A stretch of DNA of 64,000 nt from an uncultured Actinomycetes bacterium (GTDB lineage: Bacteria > Actinomycetota > Thermoleophilia > Gaiellales > JAICJC01), in contig CAWHWC010000001.1 in NCBI GenBank assembly GCA_963832955.1, forward strand, positions 156,810 to 220,809, read 5' to 3'. The position numbers and the translations under genes are program-made. Below are positions 1 through 11,528 of this stretch, in pieces. The notes under the pieces were generated by a model. That model was given only the letters and a program-made list of their open reading frames with translations, had not been told where the DNA came from and did not search any database. Position 1 is the stretch's first letter; each line of letters starts with the position of its first letter.

Positions 1-50
1 TCGAGGACGCCAACGATCTGATCGAGGACCTCGAGCAGGCGCTTCGGTGA
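1..50 (+). CDS. 3' end of an upstream gene, product unknown (16 codons in window)
   Basis: Open frame ...EDANDLIEDLEQALR ends at TGA 48-50. The stop overlaps the GTG start (47) of the next ORF (GTGA). Confidence 0.3.
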   Translation, partial: EDANDLIEDLEQALR

Positions 51-706
51 CGCCGGAACGGCGGGTGTCGCCGTGGTGGATGCTGCTTCCGGCGCTCCTG
101 TTCGTCCTGAACTTCATCGGCGGGCTGACGCAGGACACGGGCGATCGCGCGAACGCGGTCTACGACCTGTCGACCCTCGTCGCGTCGGGTGCGATCGAGG
201 CGGCGCTGGCCGGGTACGCGGTGCTCGCGGCGCGCCTCTCGGCGCAGCCGATCGCAGAGACGCTCGCGATCCGGCGGGTGCCGCTCCGCGCGGCGCTCGT
301 GACGGGCGCGATCGGGCTCGTCGTGATCCTGGCGTCCGAGGCGGTGCTCGACCCGATCTTCAACGGCGGCGCGCAGCAGGGGATCGAGCCGACCCACAAC
401 CCGGAGACGACCCACCAGTGGGTCGCCGTCGGGGTGGCCGTGCTCATGCTCGTCATCGTGGCGCCTGTCGCCGAGGAGCTGATCTTCCGCGGCCTCGGCT
501 TCGCCGCGCTGGGCCAGGTCGCCGTCCCTGTCACGTCGCTCCTGTTCGCGATCGCCCACGGCCTGCCGTCGCTCCTCGTGGAGGTCGCGGTCGCCGGGCT
601 CGTGCTCGCCGAGATCCGGCGCCGGACCGATTCCGTGCTTCCCGGGATGGGCGTTCACATGGCGTTCAACGGGCTCGCGCTCGTCGTCGCGTTTCTGACC
701 GTGTGA
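47..706 (+). CDS. CPBP family intramembrane glutamic endopeptidase (CAAX-protease-like)
   Basis: 219-aa hydrophobic ORF with the family motifs 'EELIFRG' and 'FAIAHG'. Confidence 0.8.
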   Translation: MTPERRVSPWWMLLPALLFVLNFIGGLTQDTGDRANAVYDLSTLVASGAIEAALAGYAVLAARLSAQPIAETLAIRRVPLRAALVTGAIGLVVILASEAVLDPIFNGGAQQGIEPTHNPETTHQWVAVGVAVLMLVIVAPVAEELIFRGLGFAALGQVAVPVTSLLFAIAHGLPSLLVEVAVAGLVLAEIRRRTDSVLPGMGVHMAFNGLALVVAFLTV

Positions 707-755
707 GGCCGCGAGACTTCGACCTCGCCGAGCATGCCTGCCTACACTCCGGCGC

Positions 756-1037
756 ATGCCGAACGCCGCCCAGGATCCCGTCGTCGACGACCTTCGGGCC
801 CGCATCACGGCGGCCGACGCCGAGATCGTCGCAGCCGTCAACCGCCGCGCATCGCTCGTGGCTGAGCTGCACGCGCACAAGCGCGCGCAGGGCTATGACG
901 TGTTCGATCCGGCGCGCGAGGACCAGGTGGTTCAAGCCGCGTTGAGCGCGAGCCGCGGGCCGATCTCCGACGCGGGCCTGCGCGAGCTCTACGGAGTCAT
1001 CCTGCCCCTCTGCACCCGGGAGGCCGCCGACCTATGA
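756..1037 (+). CDS. chorismate mutase (AroQ type)
   Basis: 93-aa ORF with a helical AroQ-like pattern (DDLRARITAADAEIVAAVNRRASLVAELHAHKRAQG...DPAREDQVV). A TACACT box (743-748) sits 7 nt upstream of the ATG. Confidence 0.75.
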   Translation: MPNAAQDPVVDDLRARITAADAEIVAAVNRRASLVAELHAHKRAQGYDVFDPAREDQVVQAALSASRGPISDAGLRELYGVILPLCTREAADL

Positions 1038-1774
1038 CCGCCACCGCTGCCGCCGTCGTCTCCGCCCAAGACGTCACCCGTCGCTACGGCGAGGGCGACG
1101 CCGCCGTCGATGCCCTTCGAGGGATCACCCTCGACATCGTCCCCGGCCAGTTCGCCGCGGTGATGGGCCCGTCGGGGTCGGGCAAGTCGACGCTGATGCA
1201 CATCATGGCGGGCCTCGACAAGCCGACCAGCGGCATCGTCGAGATCGCCGGGACCGACATCACGAACCTCTCGGACAGCCGTCTGACCCTCCTCCGCCGC
1301 CACCAGGTGGGGTTCATCTTCCAGTTCTTCAACCTGCTCCCGATGCTGACCGCCGAGGAGAACATCCTGCTGCCGTTGCGGCTGGCCGGGGAGAACATCG
1401 ACCGCACATGGGCGGACGAGATCATCGACCAGGTCGGCCTCTCGGACAGGCGCAAGCACCGGCCGTCCGAGCTGTCCGGCGGCCAGCAGCAGCGCGTGGC
1501 CATCGCGCGCGCTCTTGCCTCGCGGCCGGCCGTGCTGTTCGCCGACGAGCCGACGGGCAACCTCGACTCGTCGACCAGCGGCGAGATCCTGAACCTGTTG
1601 CGCGCCATGGTCACGACGCACGGGCAGACCATGGTGATGGTCACCCATGACGCGAACGCCGCGGCGATGGCCGACCGGGTGCTGTTCCTCGCCGACGGCC
1701 AGATCGTGCGCGACCAGGGTCGCTCCGATGCCTCGGAGGTGCTTGCCGCGATGGCGGAGGTCAGCGCGCAGTGA
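1034..1774 (+). CDS. ABC transporter ATP-binding protein (MacB/LolD-like)
   Basis: Walker A GPSGSGKST, signature LSGGQQQRVAIARAL, Walker B VLFADEPTGNLD. The ATGA overlaps the upstream stop. Confidence 0.9.
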   Translation: MTATAAAVVSAQDVTRRYGEGDAAVDALRGITLDIVPGQFAAVMGPSGSGKSTLMHIMAGLDKPTSGIVEIAGTDITNLSDSRLTLLRRHQVGFIFQFFNLLPMLTAEENILLPLRLAGENIDRTWADEIIDQVGLSDRRKHRPSELSGGQQQRVAIARALASRPAVLFADEPTGNLDSSTSGEILNLLRAMVTTHGQTMVMVTHDANAAAMADRVLFLADGQIVRDQGRSDASEVLAAMAEVSAQ

Positions 1775-4581
1775 TGCAGGTCGCAATCCGTGGCCTGTGG
1801 GGGCGCAAGCTCCGCACGGTGCTGACGGCGCTCTCGATCGTCCTCGGCACGGCGATGATCACGGGCACCTTCATCCTCCGCGACCAGATCAACAACGCGT
1901 TCTCGGACATCTTCCACGAGAGCAACAAGGGCATCGACGTGGTGCTGTCCAAGAAGACGGCCTTCACGTCCGACAACGGCACCGTCGCCGGGCCGCTGCC
2001 CGAGTCGGTGATCGCCACCGCGAGGTCGGCCGACGGCGTCGACAAGGTCGAGGGCCAGATCCAGGCCACCGGCTCGATCGTCATCGACGGCAAGTACGTC
2101 ACCGGGAGCGGAGGCGCGCCGAACCTGGTCTTCTCCTACGTCACGGAGCCCTTCTCGAACTCCCAGTTCATCGGCGGCGGCCCGCCCACCGACAACACGG
2201 TCGCCATCAACCAGAAGCTCGCGAATGACGAGCACCTGAAGGTCGGCGACCACGTCAAGCTCGCCACCGACACCGGCGAGGTCCCGGTGACGATCTCGGG
2301 CATCTTCAAGCTGGCGGGCGTGTCGTCGATCGGCGGCGCCACGCTCGTCGTCCCCACGTTCACCGACGCCCAGCAGTGGTACGACCGGGACGACAAGACG
2401 TCGGTCGTCTACCTGTCCGCGCAGCCGGGAGTCTCCCCGGCCGAGCTCAAGAAGAACGTCGAGGCGGTGGTTCCGGGCGACGTCAAGGTGCAGACCGGCC
2501 AGGAGAACGCGGACCAGCAGACCAGCGACGTCGAGGGCGCGACCAGCTTCCTCACCTACATCCTGCTGGCGTTCGCCGGCGCCGCCGTGTTCGTGGGCCT
2601 CTTCATCATCTTCAACACGTACTCGATCACCGTCGCCCAGCGGATGCGCGAGTTCGCGATGCTGCGCACGCTCGGCGCCAGCCGGCGGCAGGTGATGCGC
2701 TCGGTGCTGCTCGAGGCCGCGCTCATGGGGCTCGTCGCCTCACTGATCGGGATCGGGTTCGGCATCCTGCTCGCGATCGGCCTGAACGCGCTCTTCAAGG
2801 CGGTCGGCGTCGACCTGCCCACCGCGGCGCTGTCGATCCCGATCGTGTGGAGCGTTCTGCTCCCGCTGGCCGTCGGCCTCGGCGCGGCGCTCGTGGCATC
2901 GGTCGCGCCCGCCGTGAAGGCGACGCGCGTGCCGCCCATCGCCGCGCTCCGCGAGGGCTTCTCGCTGCCCCGGGGCGTGCTTGCGCCCTACATCCCCTAC
3001 ATCGGCATCGCGATGGCGGCCCTCGGCGTGGGCGTGATCGCGTTCGCCATCCGCGCAGGCGGCGGGGGCTCCAGGGTCCTGCTGACGATGGCCGCCGGGG
3101 CGATCGTTGCGTTCCTCGGGATGAGCATGCTGTCGCAGCTCCTGATCGTGCCGATCGCGGGTGCGCTCGGCTTCGTCCTCGAGATGGGGCTTCGCGTCTC
3201 GCGATTCCTGGGCGGCGTCCGCGACCGCATCCCGGTGCTCGGCCCGTTCGTCCGCCGAGTGGGCTACTGGCTCACCCTTGGCTACGTCTGGGTCGGCATC
3301 TTGACGGTGCTGATCCTGTTCTCGGTCCTGCGCGGCGGCCTCACTGCCGGCACCCTGATCGCGGCCGCGCTGGTGCTCGCGATCGGCGGCACCATCCTCT
3401 TCGTCATGTGGAGGCGCCGCCTGCGGGAGTGGCCGTGGGATGCGTCCTCGCCGACCGCCGGCGTGCTGGCCCGCGAGAACACTTCGCGGAATCCAAACCG
3501 AACTGCCGTCACATCCGCGGCGCTCATGATCGGCGTCGCACTGATCGTGTTCGTGGCCGTCTTCGTGAACGGGTTCAAGGAGTCGTTCCTGGGCGCGATC
3601 GACCGCTCGATCACGAGCGACATGATCATCCAGGGACAGAGCTTCCAGACCATCCCGGCGCCCGTCGTGAATGCCGCGGCCAAAGTGCCGGGCGTCGCGA
3701 CCGCCTCGGGCATCCAGTTCGCCGACGCCAAGATCGGAAACGGCGGCATCGACACGGTGAACGGCGTCGACCCGGCCACGTTCGCGAACGTCTACCGGTT
3801 CGACTGGCTGAAGGGCGGGTCAAACACGCTGCTGCGCAACCTGACGGCGAAGCAGGCCCTGATCGAGGAGCAGTTCGCGAAGTCGCACGATCTGAGCCCC
3901 GGCGACACCTTCAACATCACCAGCATCGACGGCAACAAGCTCCACCTGAAAGCGGCCGGCGAGTACAAGGACCCGAGCCTGATGACCGGCCTGATCATCC
4001 CGGCGCAGACGCTCACCACCTTCTCGCCGGGCAGCAAGGACCCGCAGATCGTGCTCGTGTCGTTCGACCAGGGCCCTGCGGGCGCACAGGCGGAGCGGTC
4101 GATCCGGCAGGCGCTGGCCTCGTTCCCGGCGGCCAAGGTGCAGACGAATGCGCAGTACAAGAAGGACGCCGAGGACTTCGTGAACGGCCTCCTGCAGTTC
4201 CTCTACGTCCTGCTCGCGATGTGCCTGATCATCAGCCTCATCGGGATCGTGAACACGCTCGCGCTGTCGGTGTTCGAGCGGACGCGCGAGATCGGCATGC
4301 TGCGAGCCGTCGGCATGACCCGCCGCCAGCTGCGGCGGGTGATTCGCTACGAGTCCACGATCACGGCCATCATCGGAGGGATCCTGGGGATCGTCGTCGG
4401 CCTCGTGTTCGGCTGGATCGTCGCGCAGGGCCTGTCCGACCAGGGGCTCGTGTTCGTCGTGCCGTATAGCCAGCTGGTCGGCTTCCTGATCGTCGCCACC
4501 ATGTTCGGCATCCTGGCGGCAATTCTGCCGGCCCGGCGAGCCGCCAAGCTCAACGTGCTCGAGGCGCTCCACTACGAATAA
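1771..4581 (+). CDS. ABC transporter permease with two FtsX-type modules
   Basis: Intact 936-aa ORF. It has two repeats of an extracytoplasmic domain followed by a 3-4 TM FtsX-like bundle, and its start overlaps the ATPase stop. Confidence 0.85.
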   Translation: MMQVAIRGLWGRKLRTVLTALSIVLGTAMITGTFILRDQINNAFSDIFHESNKGIDVVLSKKTAFTSDNGTVAGPLPESVIATARSADGVDKVEGQIQATGSIVIDGKYVTGSGGAPNLVFSYVTEPFSNSQFIGGGPPTDNTVAINQKLANDEHLKVGDHVKLATDTGEVPVTISGIFKLAGVSSIGGATLVVPTFTDAQQWYDRDDKTSVVYLSAQPGVSPAELKKNVEAVVPGDVKVQTGQENADQQTSDVEGATSFLTYILLAFAGAAVFVGLFIIFNTYSITVAQRMREFAMLRTLGASRRQVMRSVLLEAALMGLVASLIGIGFGILLAIGLNALFKAVGVDLPTAALSIPIVWSVLLPLAVGLGAALVASVAPAVKATRVPPIAALREGFSLPRGVLAPYIPYIGIAMAALGVGVIAFAIRAGGGGSRVLLTMAAGAIVAFLGMSMLSQLLIVPIAGALGFVLEMGLRVSRFLGGVRDRIPVLGPFVRRVGYWLTLGYVWVGILTVLILFSVLRGGLTAGTLIAAALVLAIGGTILFVMWRRRLREWPWDASSPTAGVLARENTSRNPNRTAVTSAALMIGVALIVFVAVFVNGFKESFLGAIDRSITSDMIIQGQSFQTIPAPVVNAAAKVPGVATASGIQFADAKIGNGGIDTVNGVDPATFANVYRFDWLKGGSNTLLRNLTAKQALIEEQFAKSHDLSPGDTFNITSIDGNKLHLKAAGEYKDPSLMTGLIIPAQTLTTFSPGSKDPQIVLVSFDQGPAGAQAERSIRQALASFPAAKVQTNAQYKKDAEDFVNGLLQFLYVLLAMCLIISLIGIVNTLALSVFERTREIGMLRAVGMTRRQLRRVIRYESTITAIIGGILGIVVGLVFGWIVAQGLSDQGLVFVVPYSQLVGFLIVATMFGILAAILPARRAAKLNVLEALHYE

Positions 4582-4598
4582 GCGTCGTGGCGAAGGGG

Positions 4599-5802
4599 CT
4601 ACGTGCGGATCTGGCCGTCGCCGCAGGCGACGTACTTCGTCGTCGTCAGCTCCTCGAGGCCGACCGGCCCGCGGGCGTGCAGGCGCGTCGGTGGAGTTGC
4701 CGATCTCGGCGCCCATGCCGTACTCGCCGCCGTCGGTGAAGCGGGTCGACGCGTTCACGTAGACGGCGGCGGCGTCGACCTCGTTGCAGAACGCGGGCTG
4801 CGGCCTCGAGTCCTCGGTGACGATCGCCTCGGAGTGGCCCGTGCCGTAGCGGTTGATGTGCTCGATCGCCTCGTCGAGCGAGTCGACCGTGCCGACGGCC
4901 ATCTTCATGTCGAGGTACTCGGTGGCGCAGGCCTCCTCGCCCTCGGCGAGCTCGACGCCCGCGCGACTCGAGCTCGGCCGCAGATCGCGGCGCGAGCAGC
5001 TCGGGGCGGTCGCGATGGACGAGCAGCGTCTCGGCCGCGTTGCACACGCCCGGCCGCTGCATCTTGGCGTTCAGGGCGATCGCGATCGCCGACTCGGCGT
5101 CGGCGGCCGCGTCGACGTAGACGTGGCAGTTCCCGCCTGCGGCCGCGAGCACCGGGATGCGCGACTCGCGCAGGAGCATCTTCTTCAGCTCCTCGCCGCC
5201 GCGGGGGATGACGACGTCGGCCGTCGCCGGATCGGCGATCAGCTCGGCCAGCTCGTCGTGGCCGCCGCTCGACGGCCGTCGACGGCGTCGGCGGGCAGGC
5301 CCGACGCCTCGAGCGAGTCGCGGACGACGTCGATGAGCACGCGGTTCGTGTGCGCGGCCATCCGCGAGCCGCGCAGGATGCAGGCGTTGGCCGACTTCAG
5401 GCACAGCGCCGCGGCGTCCACGGTGACGTTCGGGCGGGCCTCGTAGACGACCAGCACCACGCCCAGCGGCACGCGCAGCTTGCGGATGCGGATGCCGCTC
5501 GGCGCGTGAAGTCGCCCGGATCGTTCGCCGACGGGTCGGCAGGGCGGCGACGGCGCGCACGGCGGCGGCCAGGGCCGCGACCCGGTCGGGGTCGAGCGCG
5601 AGCCGGTCGCGGATCGCCGGCCGCTCGCCGGCGCCGCGGCGACGTCGGCGCGTTGGCGTCGAGGATCTCCGCCGCGCGGCGCTCGAGCGCCTCCGCGATC
5701 CCGCGAGCGCATCGTCTCGGGCGTCGCCGTCGAGCGCGGCGAGGACGCGCGCGGCCGCCCGGGCGCGAGCCCCGGGCGCGGATGCGATCGCGGCGCGCTC
5801 AC
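4599..5802 (-). pseudogene. proA: gamma-glutamyl phosphate reductase, frame-disrupted (true pseudogene or sequencing indels)
   Basis: Homologous segments are split over several frames. '[38 protein letters not shown]' is in 5239..5802(-). 'GGNCHVYVDAAAD...[19 protein letters not shown]' is in 4646..6127(-). '[21 protein letters not shown]...[24 protein letters not shown]' is in 3820..4908(-). The tail '[18 protein letters not shown]' lies in another frame and ends at TAG 4599-4601. Confidence 0.75.
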
Positions 5803-6876
5803 AGCAGCACCAGGTCGTCGCGGCGCACGGCCTCCGGCAGCCCGCGGCGGCCGGCAGCCCGGGCCAGCTCGCCGCCTCGTAGCGGCTGACGCCGACCGCG
5901 AACGCGCCGCCGTCGGGGCCGACCAGCTCGACCGCGTCGCCCGCGCTGAAGGTCCCGTCCACGGCCACCAGGCCTACCGGCAGCAGGCTCGTTCCCCGCT
6001 CGGCCACGGCCCTGCGGGCGCCGTCGTCGCACGACGAGCCGGCCGCGCACCGGCGTGCCGTGGCGCAGCCACAGCTTGTACGCCGAGGGCAGGTTCGACG
6101 CCGCCGGGAACCGCGTTCCGGCCCCACCGCCCGCCGCGGCGGCGATCGCGCCCGCCGCGAGGCCCGACGCGATCACGGCCTCGACCCCGCCCGAGCTGGC
6201 GATGCGGGCGGAGCGCAGCTTGGCCCCGATCCCGCCCGAGCCCCACGGTGAGAGCCGGCCGCCGACGCCGGCGACCTCGACCACCTGGTCGAGGATCTCG
6301 GCCAGGCGGCGCGCTCCCGGCCGAGCGGGGTCGCGGTCGTACACGCCGTCGATGTCGGTCAGGAGCACGAGCAGCCGCGCCTGCAGCATCACGCGCCACG
6401 TGGGCGGCCAGCGCGTCGTTGTCGCCGAAGGTGATCTCGTCGGTCGCCGTCGAGTCGTTCTCGTTCACGACCGGGACGACGCCCCACGACGATCAGCCGC
6501 CGCAGCGCGCGGCGGGCGTTCACGTACGACCGCGGCGGTGGATGTCCGCCTCGGTCAGGAGCACCTGGCCGGTTCGCACGCCGTGCGCGGCGAACCCGGC
6601 CCGCCAGTGCAGCTGGAGCAGCGTCTGTCCGAGCGCGGAGGCCGCCTGCAGGTCGCCCACGCCCGGCGGCGGGATGGCCTTCCGAGCTCGCCGATGCCCA
6701 GCGCGACCGCGCCCGAGCTGACGACGACGACCGGCGTGCCGCGGTCTGAAGCTCCGCGCACTCGCCGGCCATGCGCGCGAAGACGGGCCCGCGCGCCGGC
6801 CGTCGTCGTCGACGAGCGTGCTCGACCCGACCTTGACGACGACGATCCGGCGCAGGCCCGGGCGCCGGTCAGCCAT
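5799..6876 (-). pseudogene. proB: glutamate 5-kinase, frame-disrupted
   Basis: N-terminal '[17 protein letters not shown]' is in the frame of 6520..7653(-). '[13 protein letters not shown]' is in 5974..6468(-). '[16 protein letters not shown]' plus a PUA-like tail is in 5799..6392(-). The stop overlaps the proA GTG (GTGA). Confidence 0.75.
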
Positions 6877-8141
6877 CCGGACACCGCCGAGCGCGCCCGC
6901 GCGAGCTGGTCGTGCAGGGCCTCGAGCGGCTGCCGTGCGGCGGCCGCCTCGCCGGCGCCGGGCGAGTCGAACCGCTCGCCGGCGGCGACCCGGCCGGCCA
7001 CGGCTCGGCGTGGGCGTGACGGAAACGGCATGCCCTCCCGCACGAGCCGCTCGGCCAGGTCGGTTGCGACCGTCGTCCCGTCGCCGGCCGCGGCCGCCAT
7101 CCGCTCGGGGTCGAACGCGAGGCCGGCGATGCACACGGTGAGCGCCCGCAGCGCCCCGAGCAGGTCGTCGACCTGGTCGAAGGAGGCCCGCTTGTCCTCC
7201 TGGAGGTCGCGGTTGTAGGCCAGCGGAAGCCCCTTCAGCGTCGCGAGCAGCCCGGCCAGCCGCCCGACGGCGGTGCCGGCCTTGCCGCGCGCCAGCTCGG
7301 CGGGGTCGGGGTTCTTCTTCTGCGGCATGATCGACGAGCCGGTCGCGGCCGAGTCGTCGAGCTGGGCGAAGCCGTACTCGGCCGACGTCCACAGGACGAG
7401 CTCCTCGGCGAGCCGGGAGAGGTGCACGAACGCAGAGCGCGCAGGCGAACACGAGCTCGGCGCAGTAGTCGCGGTCGGCGACGGCGTCGATCGAGTTCTC
7501 GAGCACGGCCGCGAAGCCGAGCTCCGCCGCCACCGACGCCGGGTCGATCGGCAGGCTCGACCCCGCGAGCGCGCCGGCTCCTGCGGGGCTCGTATCGGCG
7601 CGGCGGCGGACAGCGTGCGAAGCGATCGAGGTCGCGCCGCAGCGCCCAGACATGCGCGGCCAGGTGCTGGCCGAGCCAGACGGGCTGCGCGCGCTGGCCG
7701 TGCGTGTAGCCGGGCATGACGACGTCGCCGTCGCGGTCGGCCCGGTCGAGCAGCGCGAGGGCGAGCTCGCGCAGCCCGTCGACGAGCCGGTCGCAGGCGT
7801 CCTTGACCCACAGCCGCATCGCCGTCTGCACCTGGTCGTTGCGGCTGCGGCCGGCGTGCACCCACGGGACCGAGGTCGCCCAGCAGCCGCTCGATGGCGG
7901 AGTGGACGTCCTCGTCGGTGGCGTCCGGCGTCGATCTCGACGCCCTCCAGCGCGGCGCAGATCAGCTGGCGCTCTCCGGGCCGGGATCAGGCCCTGGCGC
8001 CCGAGCATGCGCACGTGCGCCGCCGTCGCTCGCAGGTCGAACGGCAGCAGGCGCCGGTCGACCTCGAGCGAGGCCGTGAAGGCCAGCACGTCGGGGTCGA
8101 GGCCGCCGGCCAGCCGACCGGCCCAGAGCGCGGTGCGTCAC
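6869..8141 (-). pseudogene. argH: argininosuccinate lyase, frame-disrupted
   Basis: 'LAFTASLEVDRRLLPFDLRATAAHVRMLG' is in 7235..8089(-). '[21 protein letters not shown]...[16 protein letters not shown]' is in 6555..7865(-). The GTG start overlaps the argG stop. Confidence 0.75.
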
Positions 8142-9343
8142 GCGGGCGCCGTCTCTCCGTCGACCGCCTCGGCCGCGGCCCACGTCTTGGTGGGCAGCGA
8201 CCACACGTGGATGAACCCGGCGGCAGCCCCGTGCTGGAAGCTGTCGCCCTGCTCGTACGTGGCGAGGCCGTGGTCGTAGAGCGACGAGTCGCCCGCCTCC
8301 CGACGATCGCGCAGCTAGCCGCGATAGAGGCGCACCCGCGCCGTGCCGGTGACGGCGCCGGCGGTCGTGTCCATGAAGGCGGCCATCGCCGCGCGAAGCG
8401 GCGAGAACCAGAGGCCGTTGTAGACGAGCGTCGCGTAGCGCGCCGGCCAGCTCGGCCTTCACGTGGGCCAGGTCGCGCTCGCACACGAGCTCCTCGACGC
8501 CGGCGTAGGCCGCCATGAGGAGCGCCGCGGCCGGCGTCTCGTACACCTCGCGGATCTTGATCCCGACCAGCCGGTTCTCGATCATGTCGATGCGGCCGAC
8601 GCCGTGCGCGCCGGCGAGCGCCGCGGCCCGGCCGATCAGCTCGACGAGGCCCAGCTGCTCGCCGTCGATGGCGACGGGCACGCCGGCCTCGAACGTCGAT
8701 CTCGACCTCGTGCGGCGCGTGGAACGCCCGCTCCGGCGCCATCGTCAGCGCGTAGGCCTCCTCGGGCGGCTCGACCCACGGGATCCTCGAGCGGGCCGGC
8801 CTCGATCGAGCGCCCCCACAGGTTCTGGTCGATCGAGTACGCGGCGCCGCGCTTCACCGGCACCTCGATGCCGTGCTGCTCGGCGTAGGCGATCTCCTGC
8901 TCGCGCGTCATGCCCCAGTCGCGCACCGGCGCGAGCACCGCGAGGTCGGGCGCGAGCGCCGCGACGGCCGTCTCGAACCGCACCTGGTCGTTGCCCTTGC
9001 CGGTGCAGCCGTGGGCGACGGCGGTGGCGCCCGCGCTCGCGGGCGACGCGCACGAGCCGGCGGGCGATCAGCGGCCGCGAGAGCGCCGAGACGAGCGGGT
9101 AGCGGCCCTCGTAGAGCGCGCCGGCCTGCAGCACCGGCAGGACGAACTCGCGCGCGAACTCCTCGCGCGCGTCGGCGATGACGACGTCGCCGGCGCCGGC
9201 GGCACGTGCGCGCCGCGTCGACCGGTCTCGCGCTCGACGCCCTGGCCGACGTCGACCAGCAGCGCCACGACCTCGGCGCCGTACTCGTCGGCCAGCCAGC
9301 GAAGCGCGACCGACGTGTCCAGACCGCCCGAGTAGGCGAGCAC
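8138..9343 (-). pseudogene. argG: argininosuccinate synthase, frame-disrupted
   Basis: '[16 protein letters not shown]' is in 9068..9343(-). '[19 protein letters not shown]...[13 protein letters not shown]' is in 8636..8983(-). 'ENRLVGIKIREVYETPAA' is in 7962..8681(-). The tail '[25 protein letters not shown]' ends at TGA 8138-8140. Confidence 0.75.
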
Positions 9344-9373
9344 GATCTGTCTCAGCCACTCCGACCCCCCTCG

Positions 9374-10327
9374 TCATTCCACGATCATGGCCAGCAGCGC
9401 CTTCTGCGCGTGCAGCCGGTTCTCGGCCTCGTCCCACACCGCGGAGCTCGGCCCCCACAGCACGTCTTCCGTGATCTCCTCGCCGCAGTGGGCCGGCAGG
9501 CAGTGCAGGACGACGTGACCGGGCGCGGCGTGCCGCAGCAGGCGCGCGTTCACCTGGTAGCCCGCCAGGCGCGGCCAGCCGGCGTCGCGCTCGGCCTCCT
9601 GGCCCATGCTCGTGAACGTGTCCGTCACCACCGCGTCGGCGCCGGCGACGGCGGCGGCGCGGGTCCTCGACGACCTCGACGGGCGCCGCGGCCGAACCGA
9701 CGTCGTCCGGGTCCGGCTCGTAGCCGTCCGGGGTCGCGACGACGACCTCCATCCCCACCAACGCAGCGGCCGTGGCGAGCGAGTGGCACACGTTCGTTCA
9801 GGCCGTCGCCCACCCACGCCAGCCGCCGGCCGTCCAGGTCGCCGAGCCGCTCGCGCAGCACCAGCAGGTCGGCCAGCGCCTGGCAGGGGTGGTGCTCGTC
9901 GGTGAGCCCGTTGATGACCGGCACCGAGGCCGCCTCGGCCAGCTCCTCCACCCGCGCGTGGGCGTGGGTGCGGATCACGATCGGCGTCGAGGTAGCGCGA
10001 GAGCACGGCGCCGGTGTCGTCGATCGGCTCGCCGCGCCCGAGCTGGCTCTCGCCCGTCGCCAGGTGGACGGCGTGGCCGCCCAGCTGCGCCATCCCCACC
10101 TCGAACGAGACGCGGGTGCGGGTCGACGGCTTCTCGAAGATCATCCCCAGCGTCCGGCCGGCCAGCCACGGATGCGGCAGCCGCCGGGCCTGGAGCGACT
10201 TCAGGTGGTCGGCCAGGTCGAGCAGGCGGCCCGATCGCGGCGCCGCCAGGTCGTCGATGCGCAGGAAGTCGCGCCCGCAGCCGGCTGCCGAGCCCGGGCC
10301 GACGTCGACGAGGGTCAGCTCAGGCAT
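9374..10327 (-). pseudogene. argF: ornithine carbamoyltransferase, frame-disrupted
   Basis: '[19 protein letters not shown]' and '[15 protein letters not shown]...[11 protein letters not shown]' are in 9374..10480(-). '[20 protein letters not shown]' is in 9625..9978(-). Confidence 0.75.
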
Positions 10328-10783
10328 GGACCGCCTCCGAGCCGATCCGGTCGCAGACAGCTCGAGCACGTCGGCGCCGGTGTACGGCTCCCGCGCGACG
10401 ACGAGCACCACGTCGTCGCCGGCCACGGTGCCGGCCACCTCGGGCAGGTCGGCGACGTCGAACGCCCGCGCGACCGGCATCGCATTGGCCGGCGCCGTCT
10501 TGAGGACGAGCCAGGTTGCCCGGACGGCTCCATCGCCCGGACGAGCAGCAGCGCCTCGCGCAGCCGCTCGATCGGATCGACCGGCTCCTCCTCGGCCGGC
10601 AGGGCGTAGACGAGGTGGCCGTCCTTGCGCACCCGCACGGCGCCGAGCCGCTCGAGGTCGCGCGACACGGTCGCCTGGGTCACGTGCACGCCGCTGATCG
10701 GCGAGGAGCTAGACGAGCTGGGGCTGCGACGTGACCGGGAGGCGGTCGAGCAGCGACGAGATGAGCTGGCGGCGATCGGGCAT
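10320..10783 (-). pseudogene. argR: arginine repressor ArgR, frame-disrupted
   Basis: 'MPDRRQLISSLLDRLPVTSQPQLV' is in the frame of 10709..11137. 'GVHVTQATVSRDLERLGAVRVRKDG' is in 10315..10794. The C-terminal domain 'AGTVAGDDVVLVVARE' is in the frame of 9374..10480. Confidence 0.7.
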
Positions 10784-10820
10784 GTGCATGACAATACCGT
10801 CTATATGGATTATCATGCAA
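10784..10820 (-). promoter_or_regulatory. putative tandem ARG boxes (ArgR operator) overlapping a TATTGT -10 element for argR
   Basis: This is an AT-rich island in GC-rich DNA. A 7-bp inverted repeat, TGCATGA (10785-10791) and TCATGCA (10813-10819), flanks it. The 18-mer TATGGATTATCATGCAAC resembles the recalled AhrC/ArgR consensus CATGAATAAAAATKCAAK. On the minus strand, TATTGT (10796-10791) lies 7 nt before the ATG at 10783. Confidence 0.45.
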
Positions 10821-11524
10821 CGGAATCGTGCCGTCCTCGTAGAGCGCCCGGCCGACGACCACCGCGTCGGCGCCCGCCGCCACGGCCGCGGTGACGTCGC
10901 CCCGGCGCGAGACGCCGCCCGCCGCCAGCAGCAGGCCCGGCACGCGCCGGCCGCACCGCGGCCGATCAGCTCGACGTCCGGCCCCCCCCCGGTGCCGTCG
11001 CGATCGATGCCGGTGACCAGGAAGTCGCGGACGCCCGCGGCGGTCAGCCGGTCGACGAGCCGCGCGGTCCGCGCCCGAGTCGGCTCGACCCAGCCGTGCG
11101 TGCGCACGCTGCCGTCGCGGCAGTCGAGCGCCACCACGACTCGGCCCGTCTCGGCGCGCGAGCCTCCCCACCAGGTCGGGCTCGGCGGCCGCGAGCGTCC
11201 CGACGATCACCCGCCCGGCGCCGGTCTCGAGCGCCGCCCGCAACGTCGGCCTCGCCGCGGATGCCGCCGCCGAGCTGGACGCGCACGCCGGGGACGGCCG
11301 CAGATGCGCGGCGATGACTGGCGGTGGGCGGCGAGCCGCGCCCGTCGCGGGCGGCGTCGAGGTCGACGACGTGCAGCCACGAGGCGCCCGCCGACGGCGA
11401 TGCGCTGGGCCACCGCGACGGGGTCGTCGGCGTAGACGGTGACGCGGTCGTAGCGGCCCTGGTGGAGCCGCACGACCCGGCCGTCGAGAAGGTCGATGGC
11501 GGGCATCGCCTGCTTCAGCCCCAT
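10813..11524 (-). pseudogene. hisA: HisA/PriA-type phosphoribosyl isomerase, frame-disrupted; both ends uncertain
   Basis: '[20 protein letters not shown]' is in 11207..11527(-). 'VALDCRDG...DFLVTGIDRDGTGGGPDVEL' is in 10709..11137(-). 'LLAAGGVS...ADAVVVGRALYEDG' is in 10680..11795(-). Confidence 0.7.
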
Positions 11525-11528
11525 CACG

